Under the pieces are notes generated by a model that saw only the letters and a list, made by a program, of their open reading frames with translations, was not told the origin of the DNA and did no database searches. A stretch of DNA of 64,000 nucleotides from a bacterium HR37 (GTDB lineage Bacteria > Desulfobacterota_D > UBA1144 > Nemesobacterales > CSP1-2): positions 4,414 through 68,413 of the forward strand of contig BEIN01000015.1 of the NCBI GenBank assembly GCA_002898375.1. The letters run 5' to 3'. This document shows, in pieces, positions 21,661 through 31,618 of this stretch (position 1 is the first letter of the stretch; every line of letters starts with the position of its first letter). The translations under genes were made by a program, and so were the position numbers.

Positions 21661-23558
21661 CTACTGTGTCTTTCTTCAGATGTGTTTTCATTCCTTCTTA
21701 AGTAAACCATGAGAACGGAAAGAGCAGCAGGGGTCATACCCGAGATACGGCTTGCTTGTCCAAGGGAGACTGGACGGATACGAGAGAGCTTCTGTATTAT
21801 TTCCTTGGATAGGCCTGGTATATTTTCGTACGAAAAACCTTCGGGAATTTTTATGTTCTCCAGTTTTTTGAACTTCTCTATCTGCTCTATCTGTCTTTGA
21901 ATGTAGCCTTCATATTTGACCTCCATTTCAACCTGAATGGAGATATCGGTGTTTACAAGGGTAGCAGATACTGGATCAATGAGTGCGAGTTCTCTGTAAG
22001 TGATCTCAGGTCGTCTTAGAAGTTCTTTAAGAGTATAAGGTTTTTTAAGTGGGGAGGAGCCAAGCTGTATTAGTATATCATTTGTCCTTAAATCCGGAAA
22101 AACCTTTGTATGCTCCAGCCTTTCAAATTCCTCTTGTATTTTCTTTTTCTTTTGAAGGAACCTAAGAAAATCTTCTTCTCTTACAAGTCCCAGCTTGTAA
22201 CCTTTTTCTCGAAGCCTAAGATCTGCATTATCTTCTCTAAGTATAAGCCTGTACTCCGCTCTTGATGTGAACATTCTGTAGGGTTCATCTACCCCCTTTG
22301 TTACAAGGTCATCTATAAGAATACCGATATAGGCTTCAGAACGGTCAAGAATAAAAGGACTTTCCCCTTTTACGCGAAGTGCTGCGTTTATGCCTGCTAT
22401 AAGTCCTTGGGAAGCAGCTTCTTCGTAACCAGTTGTTCCGTTTATCTGTCCTGCAAAAAACAGATTCTCAATAAGCTTTGTCTCAAGTGTTGGCTTTAGC
22501 TGGGTTGGGTCTGAGAAGTCATATTCCACTGCATATCCAGGTCTCATTATCTCTGCTTCTTCAAGCCCTCTTATTGTCCTTATGAATTCGTATTGTACAT
22601 CAAGCGGAAGGCTCGTTGAGATTCCATTAGGGTATATCTCGTAAGTTCCCCATCCTTCGGGTTCAAGAAACACCTGATGTCTTTCTTTATCCGGAAACTT
22701 TACAACCTTGTCTTCTATGGAAGGACAATAACGTGGACCAATACCTTTTATTATCCCTGAGTAAAGCGGAGATTTGTGAAGATTGCTTCTTATTATCTGA
22801 TGGGTCCTTTCATTGGTATAGGTAATGTAGCAAGGAAGTTGTTCTCTTTCTATTTTGTCATTGGAAAAAGAAAAGGGTTTGGGTTCTGGATCTCCTGGCT
22901 GAACTTCAAGTATATCCCACTTTATGGTTCTCCCATCTAGTCTGGGAGGTGTTCCTGTTTTTAGTCTGCCTATCCTGAAACCAAGTTTCTGGAAGGATTC
23001 CGAGATTCCATAAGCAGGAGCTTCGCCTGCACGTCCAGCAGAGATCTGGGTTAGCCCTATATGGATAAGACCATTGGGGAATGTACCGGGAGTTACCACA
23101 ACTGCGTCTGCAAGGAAATGCTCTCCCAGGCTGGTTTTCACTCCTACTGCCCGTCCACCTTCAACCAGAAAACCTTCTACCATTCTTTGCTTCAGGTCTA
23201 TGTTTTTTTCGCTCTCAAGAGCCTTTCTCATATAGGTTTTATAAGCCTGTCTGTCTGCCTGAATTCTAGTTGCCTGAACTGCTGGCCCCTTTCTGGTGTT
23301 TAATCTTCTGAACTGAATAGCAGTTGCATCAGCTGCCTTCCCCATTTCTCCCCCTAAAGCATCTATTTCCTTTACAAGATGACCTTTTCCGACTCCACCT
23401 ATGGAGGGGTTACATGACATAAGCCCTATTGTATCTAGGTTTCCCGTGAGAACAAGGGTTTTACATCCCATTCTTGCTGCAGCAAGTGCTGCTTCACATC
23501 CTGCATGGCCTGCACCAACTACGATTACATGATACTTCTTTGGATACGTAATTGCCAT
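21639..23558 (-). CDS. mnmG: tRNA uridine 5-carboxymethylaminomethyl modification enzyme MnmG (GidA)
   Basis: 639 aa with the FAD-binding N-terminus YHVIVVGAGHAGCEAALAAARMG. Conserved along its length. Confidence 0.9.
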   Translation of the reverse strand: MAITYPKKYHVIVVGAGHAGCEAALAAARMGCKTLVLTGNLDTIGLMSCNPSIGGVGKGHLVKEIDALGGEMGKAADATAIQFRRLNTRKGPAVQATRIQADRQAYKTYMRKALESEKNIDLKQRMVEGFLVEGGRAVGVKTSLGEHFLADAVVVTPGTFPNGLIHIGLTQISAGRAGEAPAYGISESFQKLGFRIGRLKTGTPPRLDGRTIKWDILEVQPGDPEPKPFSFSNDKIEREQLPCYITYTNERTHQIIRSNLHKSPLYSGIIKGIGPRYCPSIEDKVVKFPDKERHQVFLEPEGWGTYEIYPNGISTSLPLDVQYEFIRTIRGLEEAEIMRPGYAVEYDFSDPTQLKPTLETKLIENLFFAGQINGTTGYEEAASQGLIAGINAALRVKGESPFILDRSEAYIGILIDDLVTKGVDEPYRMFTSRAEYRLILREDNADLRLREKGYKLGLVREEDFLRFLQKKKKIQEEFERLEHTKVFPDLRTNDILIQLGSSPLKKPYTLKELLRRPEITYRELALIDPVSATLVNTDISIQVEMEVKYEGYIQRQIEQIEKFKKLENIKIPEGFSYENIPGLSKEIIQKLSRIRPVSLGQASRISGMTPAALSVLMVYLRRNENTSEERHSSYSSSSS

Positions 23559-23700
23559 CGTTTCTTTCCCCCTCTGGGTAACTTAAACAGTTTATTCTAA
23601 AATCTTTACCTTTTATCGTCAAATTTATCTGTTCTTGTTGATTTTATATGTGATGGTAAAATAAACTCTCACTTTCTTTTACAAGGAGAAGCTATCTGTT

Positions 23701-24024
23701 GTGGAAACACCCTCAGATATCTTTGCTAGGATAGAAAAGAAGATTTGGGAAAGGTTTGAGGAGTTTTCAGGTATAAACTCGGTCTACAAGTTTATACTGG
23801 ATGGACCAAGTGGCGGTATATGGATAGTAGACTTAAGAAAGGATAGCTTTGGTGTTAGGTTAGGAGAAGAAGAGGCTGACTGTACAGTTAGGATCTTAGA
23901 TGAGGACTTTGTAAAATTAGCCAATAGGAGACTAAAGGCAGAGTACGCTTTTATAATGGGGAAAGTAAGATTATACGGTGACATCAGACTGGCTACAAAG
24001 CTTGGTGGTTTATTAAAAGGGTAG
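23701..24024 (+). CDS. SCP2 sterol-carrier-like domain protein
   Basis: 107 aa. GTG start with AAGGAGAAG upstream. Size and hydrophobic pattern are SCP2-like. Confidence 0.45.
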   Translation: METPSDIFARIEKKIWERFEEFSGINSVYKFILDGPSGGIWIVDLRKDSFGVRLGEEEADCTVRILDEDFVKLANRRLKAEYAFIMGKVRLYGDIRLATKLGGLLKG

Positions 24025-24053
24025 GGTAAGTTTCTTTCTTTTATCTGAAATCC

Positions 24054-24272
24054 TTATTTTGGTCTTGTTCCATATATAACAAAAAGAGCGGATATGGTTA
24101 TTGTAACAAGCCATAACACCCATAGGACAAGTGCTGTGGGATAAAACTTACCTGCTATACTTACTGCTTCTCCACTTGCCCCTACCGTGGGAATATTGCC
24201 TTGAAGGTAAATCCCAACTAGGACAACCGATATGCCCGCAGATATGGAGATAACCCTTTGAATCCATATCAT
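24054..24272 (-). CDS. Small two-helix membrane protein
   Basis: 72 aa with two hydrophobic spans. Lies downstream of the DUF1326 gene on the same strand. Confidence 0.3.
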   Translation of the reverse strand: MIWIQRVISISAGISVVLVGIYLQGNIPTVGASGEAVSIAGKFYPTALVLWVLWLVTITISALFVIYGTRPK

Positions 24273-24317
24273 GGTAACGTGAACTCTAGTTTGGCTGTAT
24301 GCTTAAGCTCTACACTT

Positions 24318-25001
24318 CTAGTGTTTAATAACCCCTGAAAGTTCGAACTCACTTATTTCACCGCTGTTTTTTTTGAGATCTAGGTTCTTTTTATGATCTT
24401 TAAAATTTCCCTCTGCACTTCCCAGAGTTATTTCTTTAGCAGGAAACGGATAAACCGGATTTAATACCTTCTGAGGTGTGTTTGGATCATTCCCCATAAC
24501 GGGCTCAACAGTAATGTTCCCAAAATTGCCTATGCTCATTCTATAGGGCTTTAAAGGCTCATTTGGAATCTCTATTTTTATAACCTCTGCTTTTATACCC
24601 AGTTGTTCTCCAAGGTTTGCAAAGGGAGGAGCCGATAGAATAGACCTTAGAGACTCTTGTTGTTCCTTGGATGCGTTTTTATCTATGTAGTAAGCGGTAT
24701 ATAACCATTTTTGGGTTCCAGCTTTCACTGACCCCGTAAATTCACCCATATATCCCCATGTAACACCGTCTAGAGAAACGTTACCATACTTGCCCTCAAT
24801 TATCTTAACTCCTCCAACAAATCTACAATGCCCATGTTGAGGCTCTAACCCAAAAAGACATGGACAGGAAACCTGACATGTGTCTGCTACAACCATCTGT
24901 GCCTTCATGTTCCAGGTTGTGGTTTCTTCCTGTGGCAGTGTGGTAGAGCTAAGAATAAAAAAAACGCCTATTATAATAGACCCTGTAATAAGGATTCTCA
25001 T
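24318..25001 (-). CDS. DUF1326 family protein with an N-terminal signal peptide
   Basis: CQVSCPCLFGLEPQHGHCRFVGGVKIIEGKYGNVSLDGV matches the DUF1326 core (C.C..GCPCQF...P.HG.C). The N-terminus is hydrophobic, MRILITGSIIIGVFFILSS. Confidence 0.55.
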   Translation of the reverse strand: MRILITGSIIIGVFFILSSTTLPQEETTTWNMKAQMVVADTCQVSCPCLFGLEPQHGHCRFVGGVKIIEGKYGNVSLDGVTWGYMGEFTGSVKAGTQKWLYTAYYIDKNASKEQQESLRSILSAPPFANLGEQLGIKAEVIKIEIPNEPLKPYRMSIGNFGNITVEPVMGNDPNTPQKVLNPVYPFPAKEITLGSAEGNFKDHKKNLDLKKNSGEISEFELSGVIKH

Positions 25002-25007
25002 TTTTTA

Positions 25008-25052
25008 TCCTCCTGTTTTATTAGATTTTAAAACCCTTATTTATCAGGAGGA
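25008..25052 (-). promoter_or_regulatory. Shine-Dalgarno-sequestering hairpin in the DUF1326 5' leader
   Basis: On the mRNA strand, the anti-SD UCCUCCUG (from 25045-25052) is followed by a 29-nt AU-rich loop, then CAGGAGGA (from 25008-25015), which is the SD 6 nt before the ATG at 25001. The complement is a perfect 8 bp. Confidence 0.3.
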
Positions 25053-25180
25053 GAGCAAACTTTGTTCTGAATTAACTAAGAGGGTAAGCTACAAACCCGC
25101 TTTAGGCTATAGAAAGAAAAGGATTATTCCCTCCTCTCCACCCATTATATATTGAGCCACAGCTTAAAGTCAAGCAAAAA

Positions 25181-26227
25181 TTAAGGTGTTAGAACTACCT
25201 TTATTGCGTTTTCCTCTTTGCTATCCATTAGCCTGTACCCCTTTGGGGTTTCACTTAAAGGTAAATCGTGGGTTATTATGGCGGTTGGGTCTATCTTTCC
25301 GTTCTCAATAAGTGGTAAGAGTTGAGAAATGTAGTTCTTTGAAGGACATACCCCTCCTCTAAGGGTGAGATCTTTTAAATAGAAATCAAGCATTGGAATT
25401 GGTACGGCTCCGGTAAATAGACCTACAAATGATATGGTTCCTGCAGGCCTTGTTATCTTTACAGCGCTTGACAGAGCCTCTTCAGAGCCTATGCACTCTA
25501 AAACAGCATCTACCCCTCTTCCATCTGTTACTTCCAGTATTTTGTGGATAGGGTCTTCTTTCCTTGAATTTATAACAAGGTCACTTCCTAACTTTTTTGC
25601 AACATCTAGTCTGAAGTCGTGTCTCCCAACAGTTATTACAAGTGAAGGACCAAAAAGTCGTGCTGAGGCAGTTGCAAAAAGGCCAATCGGGCCATCACCA
25701 AATACTGCAACCCTGTCTCCGGGTTTTATATTTGCCCACTCCGCACAGAAATAGCCTGTTGAAAATATGTCACCTAGAAATAGAGCCTTTGTGTCTTCGA
25801 TGTTTTCTGGAACCTTCTCAAGAGTAGAGTCTGCAAAGGGTACTCTTACATACTCAGCTTGTCCTCCGGGAATATCTCCAAATGCCTTTCCAAAACCAAA
25901 GCACCCTCCACCTCCTATGCATGAAGTTGGAACACGGTTGCGGCAGTTTATACATACCCCGCAGCTTACCCAGAATGGAGCAACAACTTTATCCCCTTTC
26001 TTGAGGAGCCTTACATCACTTCCTGTTTCTTCTACTATTCCAATGAACTCGTGTCCAACTATAAACCCCTCATCCATTGGAACTTTTCCTCGGTAGAAAT
26101 GTAGGTCAGAGCCACATATAGCGCTTTTTGTGACTCTAACGATAACATCGGTTGGTTTCTTTATTTCTGGGTCTGGAACAACCTCTACTCTAACATCTCT
26201 TATACCATGATACGTTACGGCTTTCAT
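25181..26227 (-). CDS. Zinc-dependent alcohol dehydrogenase (MDR family)
   Basis: 348 aa with catalytic-zinc region CGSDLH, a structural-zinc Cys cluster CGVCINC and a Rossmann GxGxxG. Confidence 0.85.
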   Translation of the reverse strand: MKAVTYHGIRDVRVEVVPDPEIKKPTDVIVRVTKSAICGSDLHFYRGKVPMDEGFIVGHEFIGIVEETGSDVRLLKKGDKVVAPFWVSCGVCINCRNRVPTSCIGGGGCFGFGKAFGDIPGGQAEYVRVPFADSTLEKVPENIEDTKALFLGDIFSTGYFCAEWANIKPGDRVAVFGDGPIGLFATASARLFGPSLVITVGRHDFRLDVAKKLGSDLVINSRKEDPIHKILEVTDGRGVDAVLECIGSEEALSSAVKITRPAGTISFVGLFTGAVPIPMLDFYLKDLTLRGGVCPSKNYISQLLPLIENGKIDPTAIITHDLPLSETPKGYRLMDSKEENAIKVVLTP

Positions 26228-26290
26228 TTTCTTTCCCCCTGTTTTGTATTTTAAAATACTACATGGTTTCCTAAAGTGTTTCCATAGAGT

Positions 26291-27094
26291 TTAAATTACC
26301 AAATGGTCATGGTCTTTAATAAAAGATATAACAGCTTTGTTGAATTCTTCTGGTTTTTCTATAGGGGGTACATGTCCACAATCTCTCATAACAAGAAGCT
26401 TTGAGTTCTTTATGTTTTCGTGAAGGATCCTTGAGTATTTTAATGGAATAAGTATGTCTTCTTCCCCAACGATTATAAGGGTTGGTGCGGTTATGTTTGA
26501 TAACCTCTCATGTATGTTGTGCTTAAGGCATCCCCTTGCAAGATTTATTACAGCCTTGGGTGGATTTGTCTTTACGCTGGCTTCTTTTAAGGAGAGTATC
26601 TTTTCCAGATTGTTTCTTATAAAGTTCTCTGAAAAAAGAAATGGCAGTGCTACATCGTATCTGAGTTCACTCCCACCTACCTCTGTGGCTTTTATCCAGG
26701 TTTTAATGATTAGCTCAAGCAGGGTACCTATATAGCTGCATGTATCAACCAGAACAAGGGCCCCTAACCTCTGTGGATAATTAACTGCGAAGTGTTGGGC
26801 TATCATCCCCCCGTTTGAAAGACCAACTATGTGAGCTTTCTCTATACTTAATTTATCAAGCAGTCTCTTTAGGTCTTCTGCATGTATTTCAGGTGTATAC
26901 TCCATATCAGGTTTATCAGATTGTCCCTGACCACGGCAATCGTATCTTAAGACACTGTACCTTTTTGAGAAGTCAGGAACCTGAAGTATCCATCCGTTAA
27001 CATCCATTGTAAGCCCATTTATAAAAACAACATATGGCCCTTTACCATTTAGCTCGTAGTTTAGCTTAACTCCGTCTATATCTATTCTAGGCAT
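26291..27094 (-). CDS. Alpha/beta-fold hydrolase
   Basis: 267 aa with the nucleophile elbow GLSNGG and C-terminal Asp/His regions. Confidence 0.75.
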   Translation of the reverse strand: MPRIDIDGVKLNYELNGKGPYVVFINGLTMDVNGWILQVPDFSKRYSVLRYDCRGQGQSDKPDMEYTPEIHAEDLKRLLDKLSIEKAHIVGLSNGGMIAQHFAVNYPQRLGALVLVDTCSYIGTLLELIIKTWIKATEVGGSELRYDVALPFLFSENFIRNNLEKILSLKEASVKTNPPKAVINLARGCLKHNIHERLSNITAPTLIIVGEEDILIPLKYSRILHENIKNSKLLVMRDCGHVPPIEKPEEFNKAVISFIKDHDHLVI

Positions 27095-27902
27095 GGTGTT
27101 TTCTTTGCTCCTTTAGAATATCGCTTAACTCTCTTATTATATAGTCGGGTTTTACCTTGGATCTTATAACTTCTTTTTCCGTGGCTGATCCGGAGAGAAC
27201 AAGAATTGTTCCTATCCTTGCCCGTTTTCCCCCAAGTATGTCAGTTTGAAGGGTATCCCCAATTATTGCAATCTTTTCTCCCCTTTTGGGGTTTAATTTC
27301 TTTTTTGCCAACTCAAACATAATGGGTTCTGGTTTTCCAACGGTTATTGCTCTCTTACCTGAGGCAACCTCTATTGAGGCTAGGATTGCTCCGGTTGCAG
27401 GAATTAGCCCTTCAGGTGTGGGGAAATAGGGGTCACGATTTGTTCCTATAAACAAGGCCCCGTTTCTTACAGCAAGTGTAGCTATTTTCATCTCTTCATA
27501 GTTAAATTCAGGATGGCCTCCAATTATTACAAAATCCGCTTTTTTGGCATCTTCTCCTTGAATTATCCTGACTCCTATTGACTCTATCTCTTCTTTAAGT
27601 GCTCTGGTTCCTACAACATAGGCCGTTTTCCCATATGGTCTGTGGTATTCCTTAAGATAGTAGGCTACTGCTGTTGAGGATGTTATTACCTCTTCTGGGG
27701 CTGTAGGGATATCAATGTCACTTAGTTTCTTTGCATAATCCTTTGAAGAACTTCTTGGGTCATTTGTTAGGAACAAAACCCGCTTGCCCATCTCTCTTAG
27801 TCTGCAGATTGTTTCTGAAACACCTGAGATGGGTTTGCTTCCTATATACACAACCCCGTCTAGGTCTATTATGAAGTACTCAAAGAACTCTACCAGCTTC
27901 AT
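27087..27902 (-). CDS. HAD-superfamily hydrolase, subfamily IIA (NagD-like)
   Basis: Motif I IIDLDGVVYIG. Size and C-terminal GDTLQTDI fit HAD-IIA. Confidence 0.8.
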   Translation of the reverse strand: MKLVEFFEYFIIDLDGVVYIGSKPISGVSETICRLREMGKRVLFLTNDPRSSSKDYAKKLSDIDIPTAPEEVITSSTAVAYYLKEYHRPYGKTAYVVGTRALKEEIESIGVRIIQGEDAKKADFVIIGGHPEFNYEEMKIATLAVRNGALFIGTNRDPYFPTPEGLIPATGAILASIEVASGKRAITVGKPEPIMFELAKKKLNPKRGEKIAIIGDTLQTDILGGKRARIGTILVLSGSATEKEVIRSKVKPDYIIRELSDILKEQRKHHA

Positions 27903-27949
27903 CTTTGTCCCTTGCTTACCCTAGAAGTTATAAGTTGTAACCTGTGGGA

Positions 27950-28273
27950 TTAACCCCATATGTACTTTTTGAGTAATTCTTGCTTGTCTTCCTCAACTGC
28001 TTTTCTGCGAATACGGATTACTTTTAACGTGTCATCTTGGATCATTTCAACGCCTATAAGGTTTAGAATATCTGATGCAGCTTGCCTGTAGCCATCGTAG
28101 TACTCCAGAACCTCTCCTGCAGCTCTGACGGTTGAGGAATCTAGGTAAAGAGCTATTGCAGCAAATTCCTTTGGAACGTCTTCATCTATCTCAAGTTTAT
28201 AGTCCTTAAGTACATCTGATAAAATATGCTTTTTCCACATCTCTACTATCTTATCAAAGTCTTCTACTCTCAT
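27950..28273 (-). CDS. Hypothetical protein
   Basis: 107 aa with no recognisable motif. Lies in the same-strand block between EIIA(Man) and the HAD-IIA gene. Confidence 0.35.
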   Translation of the reverse strand: MRVEDFDKIVEMWKKHILSDVLKDYKLEIDEDVPKEFAAIALYLDSSTVRAAGEVLEYYDGYRQAASDILNLIGVEMIQDDTLKVIRIRRKAVEEDKQELLKKYIWG

Positions 28274-28389
28274 CTTTTGATGTTCCCTCCCCTACTTAGT
28301 CTGCAAACCAACTTTGCTGGTTTAGTGAAAACTCATAAGTTTTATCATAATAGATATACCTTTGTATGTTAAGGCTTACAAGTAACCAA

Positions 28390-28806
28390 TCAGCTCTGGC
28401 TTCTTTTCTTTAGTAGTTTACTGGCAACTATTATGTTATCCCTTCCACCAGCTTCAGCCATCTTTACTGCTTCTTCAAGACCTGCTTTGTTAGGAAGTGT
28501 TGCAAGTTTAAGGAGCATGGGAAGATTTACACCTGATATTACCTCTACCTTCTTTTCTTCCAGAAAGGTAAGACTTATATTTGAGGGGGTCCCACCAAAC
28601 ATATCTGTTACTATTAAGACACCATCTCCTTCATCAACCTTTTTGATAGCCTGCTTTATTTCCTTGGCAAAGAGGGTAAATTCTTTGTTCGGGTCTAGAC
28701 AAACACTCTCCATCTTGACAGCAGGTTTTCCAGAGACAACAAACTTTACAACAGATATTAGCTCCTCTGCTAGTTTACCATGGGTTACCACTACAACTCC
28801 AACCAT
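28390..28806 (-). CDS. PTS EIIA component, mannose/fructose family
   Basis: MVGVVVVTHGKLAEEL contains the EIIA(Man)-type active-site His. Confidence 0.75.
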   Translation of the reverse strand: MVGVVVVTHGKLAEELISVVKFVVSGKPAVKMESVCLDPNKEFTLFAKEIKQAIKKVDEGDGVLIVTDMFGGTPSNISLTFLEEKKVEVISGVNLPMLLKLATLPNKAGLEEAVKMAEAGGRDNIIVASKLLKKRSQS

Positions 28807-28815
28807 TGCCTCACC

Positions 28816-29667
28816 TCAACCTTTTGATATATCCCTGTGCCAGATGTTGGGGGAAAGGTGTTTAAATCTCTCTGCAATTTCATTAACGATCACAGCTGAT
28901 CTGTGCTTTCCACCTGTACATCCTATTGCAATTGTTAAATAGGATTTACCCTCTTTCTGATACTTGGGAATCAAGAACTTTAAAAGGTCCACAATTTTTT
29001 CTATAAACTTTATGGTGTCTTCGTTTTTTAAAACATACTCTCTAACTTCTTTATCTAAACCGGTAAGGTTCTTTAGACCCTCTACAAAGTGTGGGCTGGG
29101 TAGAAATCTTACATCAATTACGACATCTGCATCATAGGGAAGACCGTATTTGTAGCCAAAAGAGAGAAAATTTAGAGATAACCTGTGGGAATCCGTTTTC
29201 CCGAATTTGTCCTGTATTATTTCTCTTAATTGATGGGTATTAAGCAGTGAGGTGTCTATTATGTGATCAGAGAGGTTTTTTATTTCCTTAAGCATTTCTC
29301 TTTCCCTTGCTATTCCCTCCAGTATGTTACCTTCAGGTGAAAGTGGATGCTTTCTTCTTGTTTCTTTGTATCTCTTTACCAGGGCTTCATTTGAGGATTC
29401 AAGGAATACAAGCTCAACCGTATATCCCTCTTCCTTTAACTCTTTTATAACCTCAGGAGCCCTTTCAAGAAATATACCTTCTCTTACGTCTATTACAAAT
29501 GCTATTTTTGTGATACGTTCAGCAGATGTACTGCATAGCTCAATAAACTTGGGGACGAGTGTCGGAGGGAGATTATCAACGCAGAAGTATCCTGTATCTT
29601 CAAGTGCTTTTATTGCAGTGCTTTTACCGGAACCCGAAAGGCCGCTTACTATTACTATGGAAATCAT
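28816..29667 (-). CDS. rapZ: RNase adapter protein RapZ (P-loop NTPase)
   Basis: N-terminus IVIVSGLSGSGKSTA...YFCVDNLP is characteristic of RapZ. Downstream of hprK. Confidence 0.85.
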   Translation of the reverse strand: MISIVIVSGLSGSGKSTAIKALEDTGYFCVDNLPPTLVPKFIELCSTSAERITKIAFVIDVREGIFLERAPEVIKELKEEGYTVELVFLESSNEALVKRYKETRRKHPLSPEGNILEGIAREREMLKEIKNLSDHIIDTSLLNTHQLREIIQDKFGKTDSHRLSLNFLSFGYKYGLPYDADVVIDVRFLPSPHFVEGLKNLTGLDKEVREYVLKNEDTIKFIEKIVDLLKFLIPKYQKEGKSYLTIAIGCTGGKHRSAVIVNEIAERFKHLSPNIWHRDISKG

Positions 29668-30620
29668 TGTTTGTCTTTATTGCCCATAAAGGCTTGAAAT
29701 CTCTCAGCAGTGTTTATTCCTCTTAACTTAAGTAGCTGGTTTCTTACAGCTACCTCAACGATTGTTGCTGTGTTTCTGCCGGGGCTTACGGGAAGTATTA
29801 GATAAGGAAGTTCTACTCCCATAATGGAGTAGCTTCTGTTTTCAAGACCAACTCTGTCGTATTCTTCGTTAGGATCCCAGTGGGCAAGTTCAATAACCAT
29901 ATCTATTTCCCTTTTATCCATAATGGATGTTGTTCCAAATAGATCCTTTATATTTATTATACCCACACCCCTTATTTCCATAAGGTACTTTATATTCTCC
30001 GGACCACTTCCAACGAGTTTCGATGTGCCAATTTTTCTTATCTCAACCACATCGTCTGCAATGAGTTTAGACCCTCTAAGTATTAAGTCAAGTGCGCATT
30101 CGCTCTTTCCCACTCCACTTTTCCCAAGTATAAGTACACCTAAACCGTGTATGTCCATAAGTACCCCATGAACGCTAACAAAGGGGGCCAGCCTTTCTTC
30201 TAAAATTGCATTTAGGCTTGAGATGAGTTTTCCCGTATAGAGGTTTGTTATAAAGAGGGGCATACTGTTTAGTTCACAGGTTTTTCTGAGTAATTCAGGA
30301 GGTAAAAGGCCTTTTGAAACTATAAAGGAGGGAACATCTTGTGTGCACAGGTTTTGGGCTGTCTTTTGTTGTTCAGCAGGTAGGAGCTTGTTGAAATAAG
30401 AGATCTCCGTTCGTCCCAGTATCTGTATCTTGCCTTCTTCAAGATGGATTTCGGGCTCAATCATCCTGAGACCAGGTTTTTGAACCCTATTTGATTTTAT
30501 TTCTCGGTCTAATCCTCCATAGCCTGCTACAAGCTCAATCTGAAGCTCCCTTCCCCACTTTTCGTATAGCTCCTTAACCGCAAAAGGAACTCCGCTTTTA
30601 ATGTTTTGCATCTTCTTCAA
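29664..30620 (-). CDS. hprK: HPr kinase/phosphorylase
   Basis: 318 aa with P-loop GKSGVGKSE and HGVLMDIHGLGVLI, typical of HprK. Confidence 0.9.
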   Translation of the reverse strand: MKKMQNIKSGVPFAVKELYEKWGRELQIELVAGYGGLDREIKSNRVQKPGLRMIEPEIHLEEGKIQILGRTEISYFNKLLPAEQQKTAQNLCTQDVPSFIVSKGLLPPELLRKTCELNSMPLFITNLYTGKLISSLNAILEERLAPFVSVHGVLMDIHGLGVLILGKSGVGKSECALDLILRGSKLIADDVVEIRKIGTSKLVGSGPENIKYLMEIRGVGIINIKDLFGTTSIMDKREIDMVIELAHWDPNEEYDRVGLENRSYSIMGVELPYLILPVSPGRNTATIVEVAVRNQLLKLRGINTAERFQAFMGNKDKQ

Positions 30621-31071
30621 TTATAAGTTCGTATATTTCGTCCTGGGATTTAGCTTGCATAAGCTTGGAACGAAACTCGGGGGATTTAAAGATCTTTGAA
30701 AATCTGGCAAGGAGCTTTAGGTGTGTTCCCGCAGAGTTCTCGGGTGCTAAAAGCAGTATAAAAAGATGGGTTGGATTGCCATCTAGTGATTCAAAATCCA
30801 CTCCCTCTATACTTCTCCCAAAGGCTGTTATGATATTTGAAATTCCGCTTAATTTTCCATGTGGTATTGCTACTCCTGAATCAACAGCTGTACTACAGAG
30901 TCTTTCTCTTTCCATTAAAACCTCAACTAACCTTTCGGTATTTATGTTGTTGGAAACAGAGGATACATGCTCAGAAAGCTCCCTTATAACCTCTGCCTTG
31001 GTTTTTGAACGGAGATATGGAATAACCGATTCTTTCTTTAAAACGTCTGCTATCTTCATTGCTGTTTTCAA
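30598..31071 (-). CDS. ptsN: PTS EIIA(Ntr) regulatory protein PtsN
   Basis: 157 aa with the phospho-His site GVAIPHGK. Positioned after hpf as in rpoN clusters. Confidence 0.8.
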   Translation of the reverse strand: MKTAMKIADVLKKESVIPYLRSKTKAEVIRELSEHVSSVSNNINTERLVEVLMERERLCSTAVDSGVAIPHGKLSGISNIITAFGRSIEGVDFESLDGNPTHLFILLLAPENSAGTHLKLLARFSKIFKSPEFRSKLMQAKSQDEIYELIIEEDAKH

Positions 31072-31616
31072 GGTGATATTAAACCCATTTTGTTTCCTTT
31101 TCTTTTATAAAGAACGTTTATCTCACCAGTTTCACTGTTTCTAAAGGTGAGAAAGTTTGCATCAGATACTCTTAGCTGTAGTATTGCTTCTTCTACAGAC
31201 ATAGGCTTTGCAGTTACCCTCTCAACAATAACATCGTCTGATTCTTCAACATGTGTTGAGTCGGTTGTTTCGGAACCTTTAGCGGCAATTTCCTCTTTTT
31301 GTTTCTTTCTTTTTGTTTTTATTCTTTTTTCCGTCTGCTTTTTTAGTTGTTTTATTATCCCATCAATTGCTCTATCTATGGCCGTATGCATATCCTCGGA
31401 TTCAGATGAAGACATGGCTTTAAATGTTCCACTGTTTATTATTATCTCAGCTGTGTTTCTAAATTTCTCAACTCCAAGAACTATCTTTGTTTCGGAGAAG
31501 CTTCCTTTCGATTCTATGTATCTTTCCAGTTTCTTGAGTTTTTTTAGTACATATTTCTTTAGGTTTTCAACTTTTTGAGGATCATCTATGTGTCTTGTTG
31601 TTACAGTAACTTGCAT
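31068..31616 (-). CDS. hpf: Ribosome hibernation promoting factor (long HPF)
   Basis: N-terminus MQVTVTTRHIDDPQKVENLKKYV is typical of RaiA/HPF, with a C-terminal dimerisation extension. Immediately downstream of rpoN. Confidence 0.85.
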   Translation of the reverse strand: MQVTVTTRHIDDPQKVENLKKYVLKKLKKLERYIESKGSFSETKIVLGVEKFRNTAEIIINSGTFKAMSSSESEDMHTAIDRAIDGIIKQLKKQTEKRIKTKRKKQKEEIAAKGSETTDSTHVEESDDVIVERVTAKPMSVEEAILQLRVSDANFLTFRNSETGEINVLYKRKGNKMGLISP

Positions 31617-31618
31617 CT

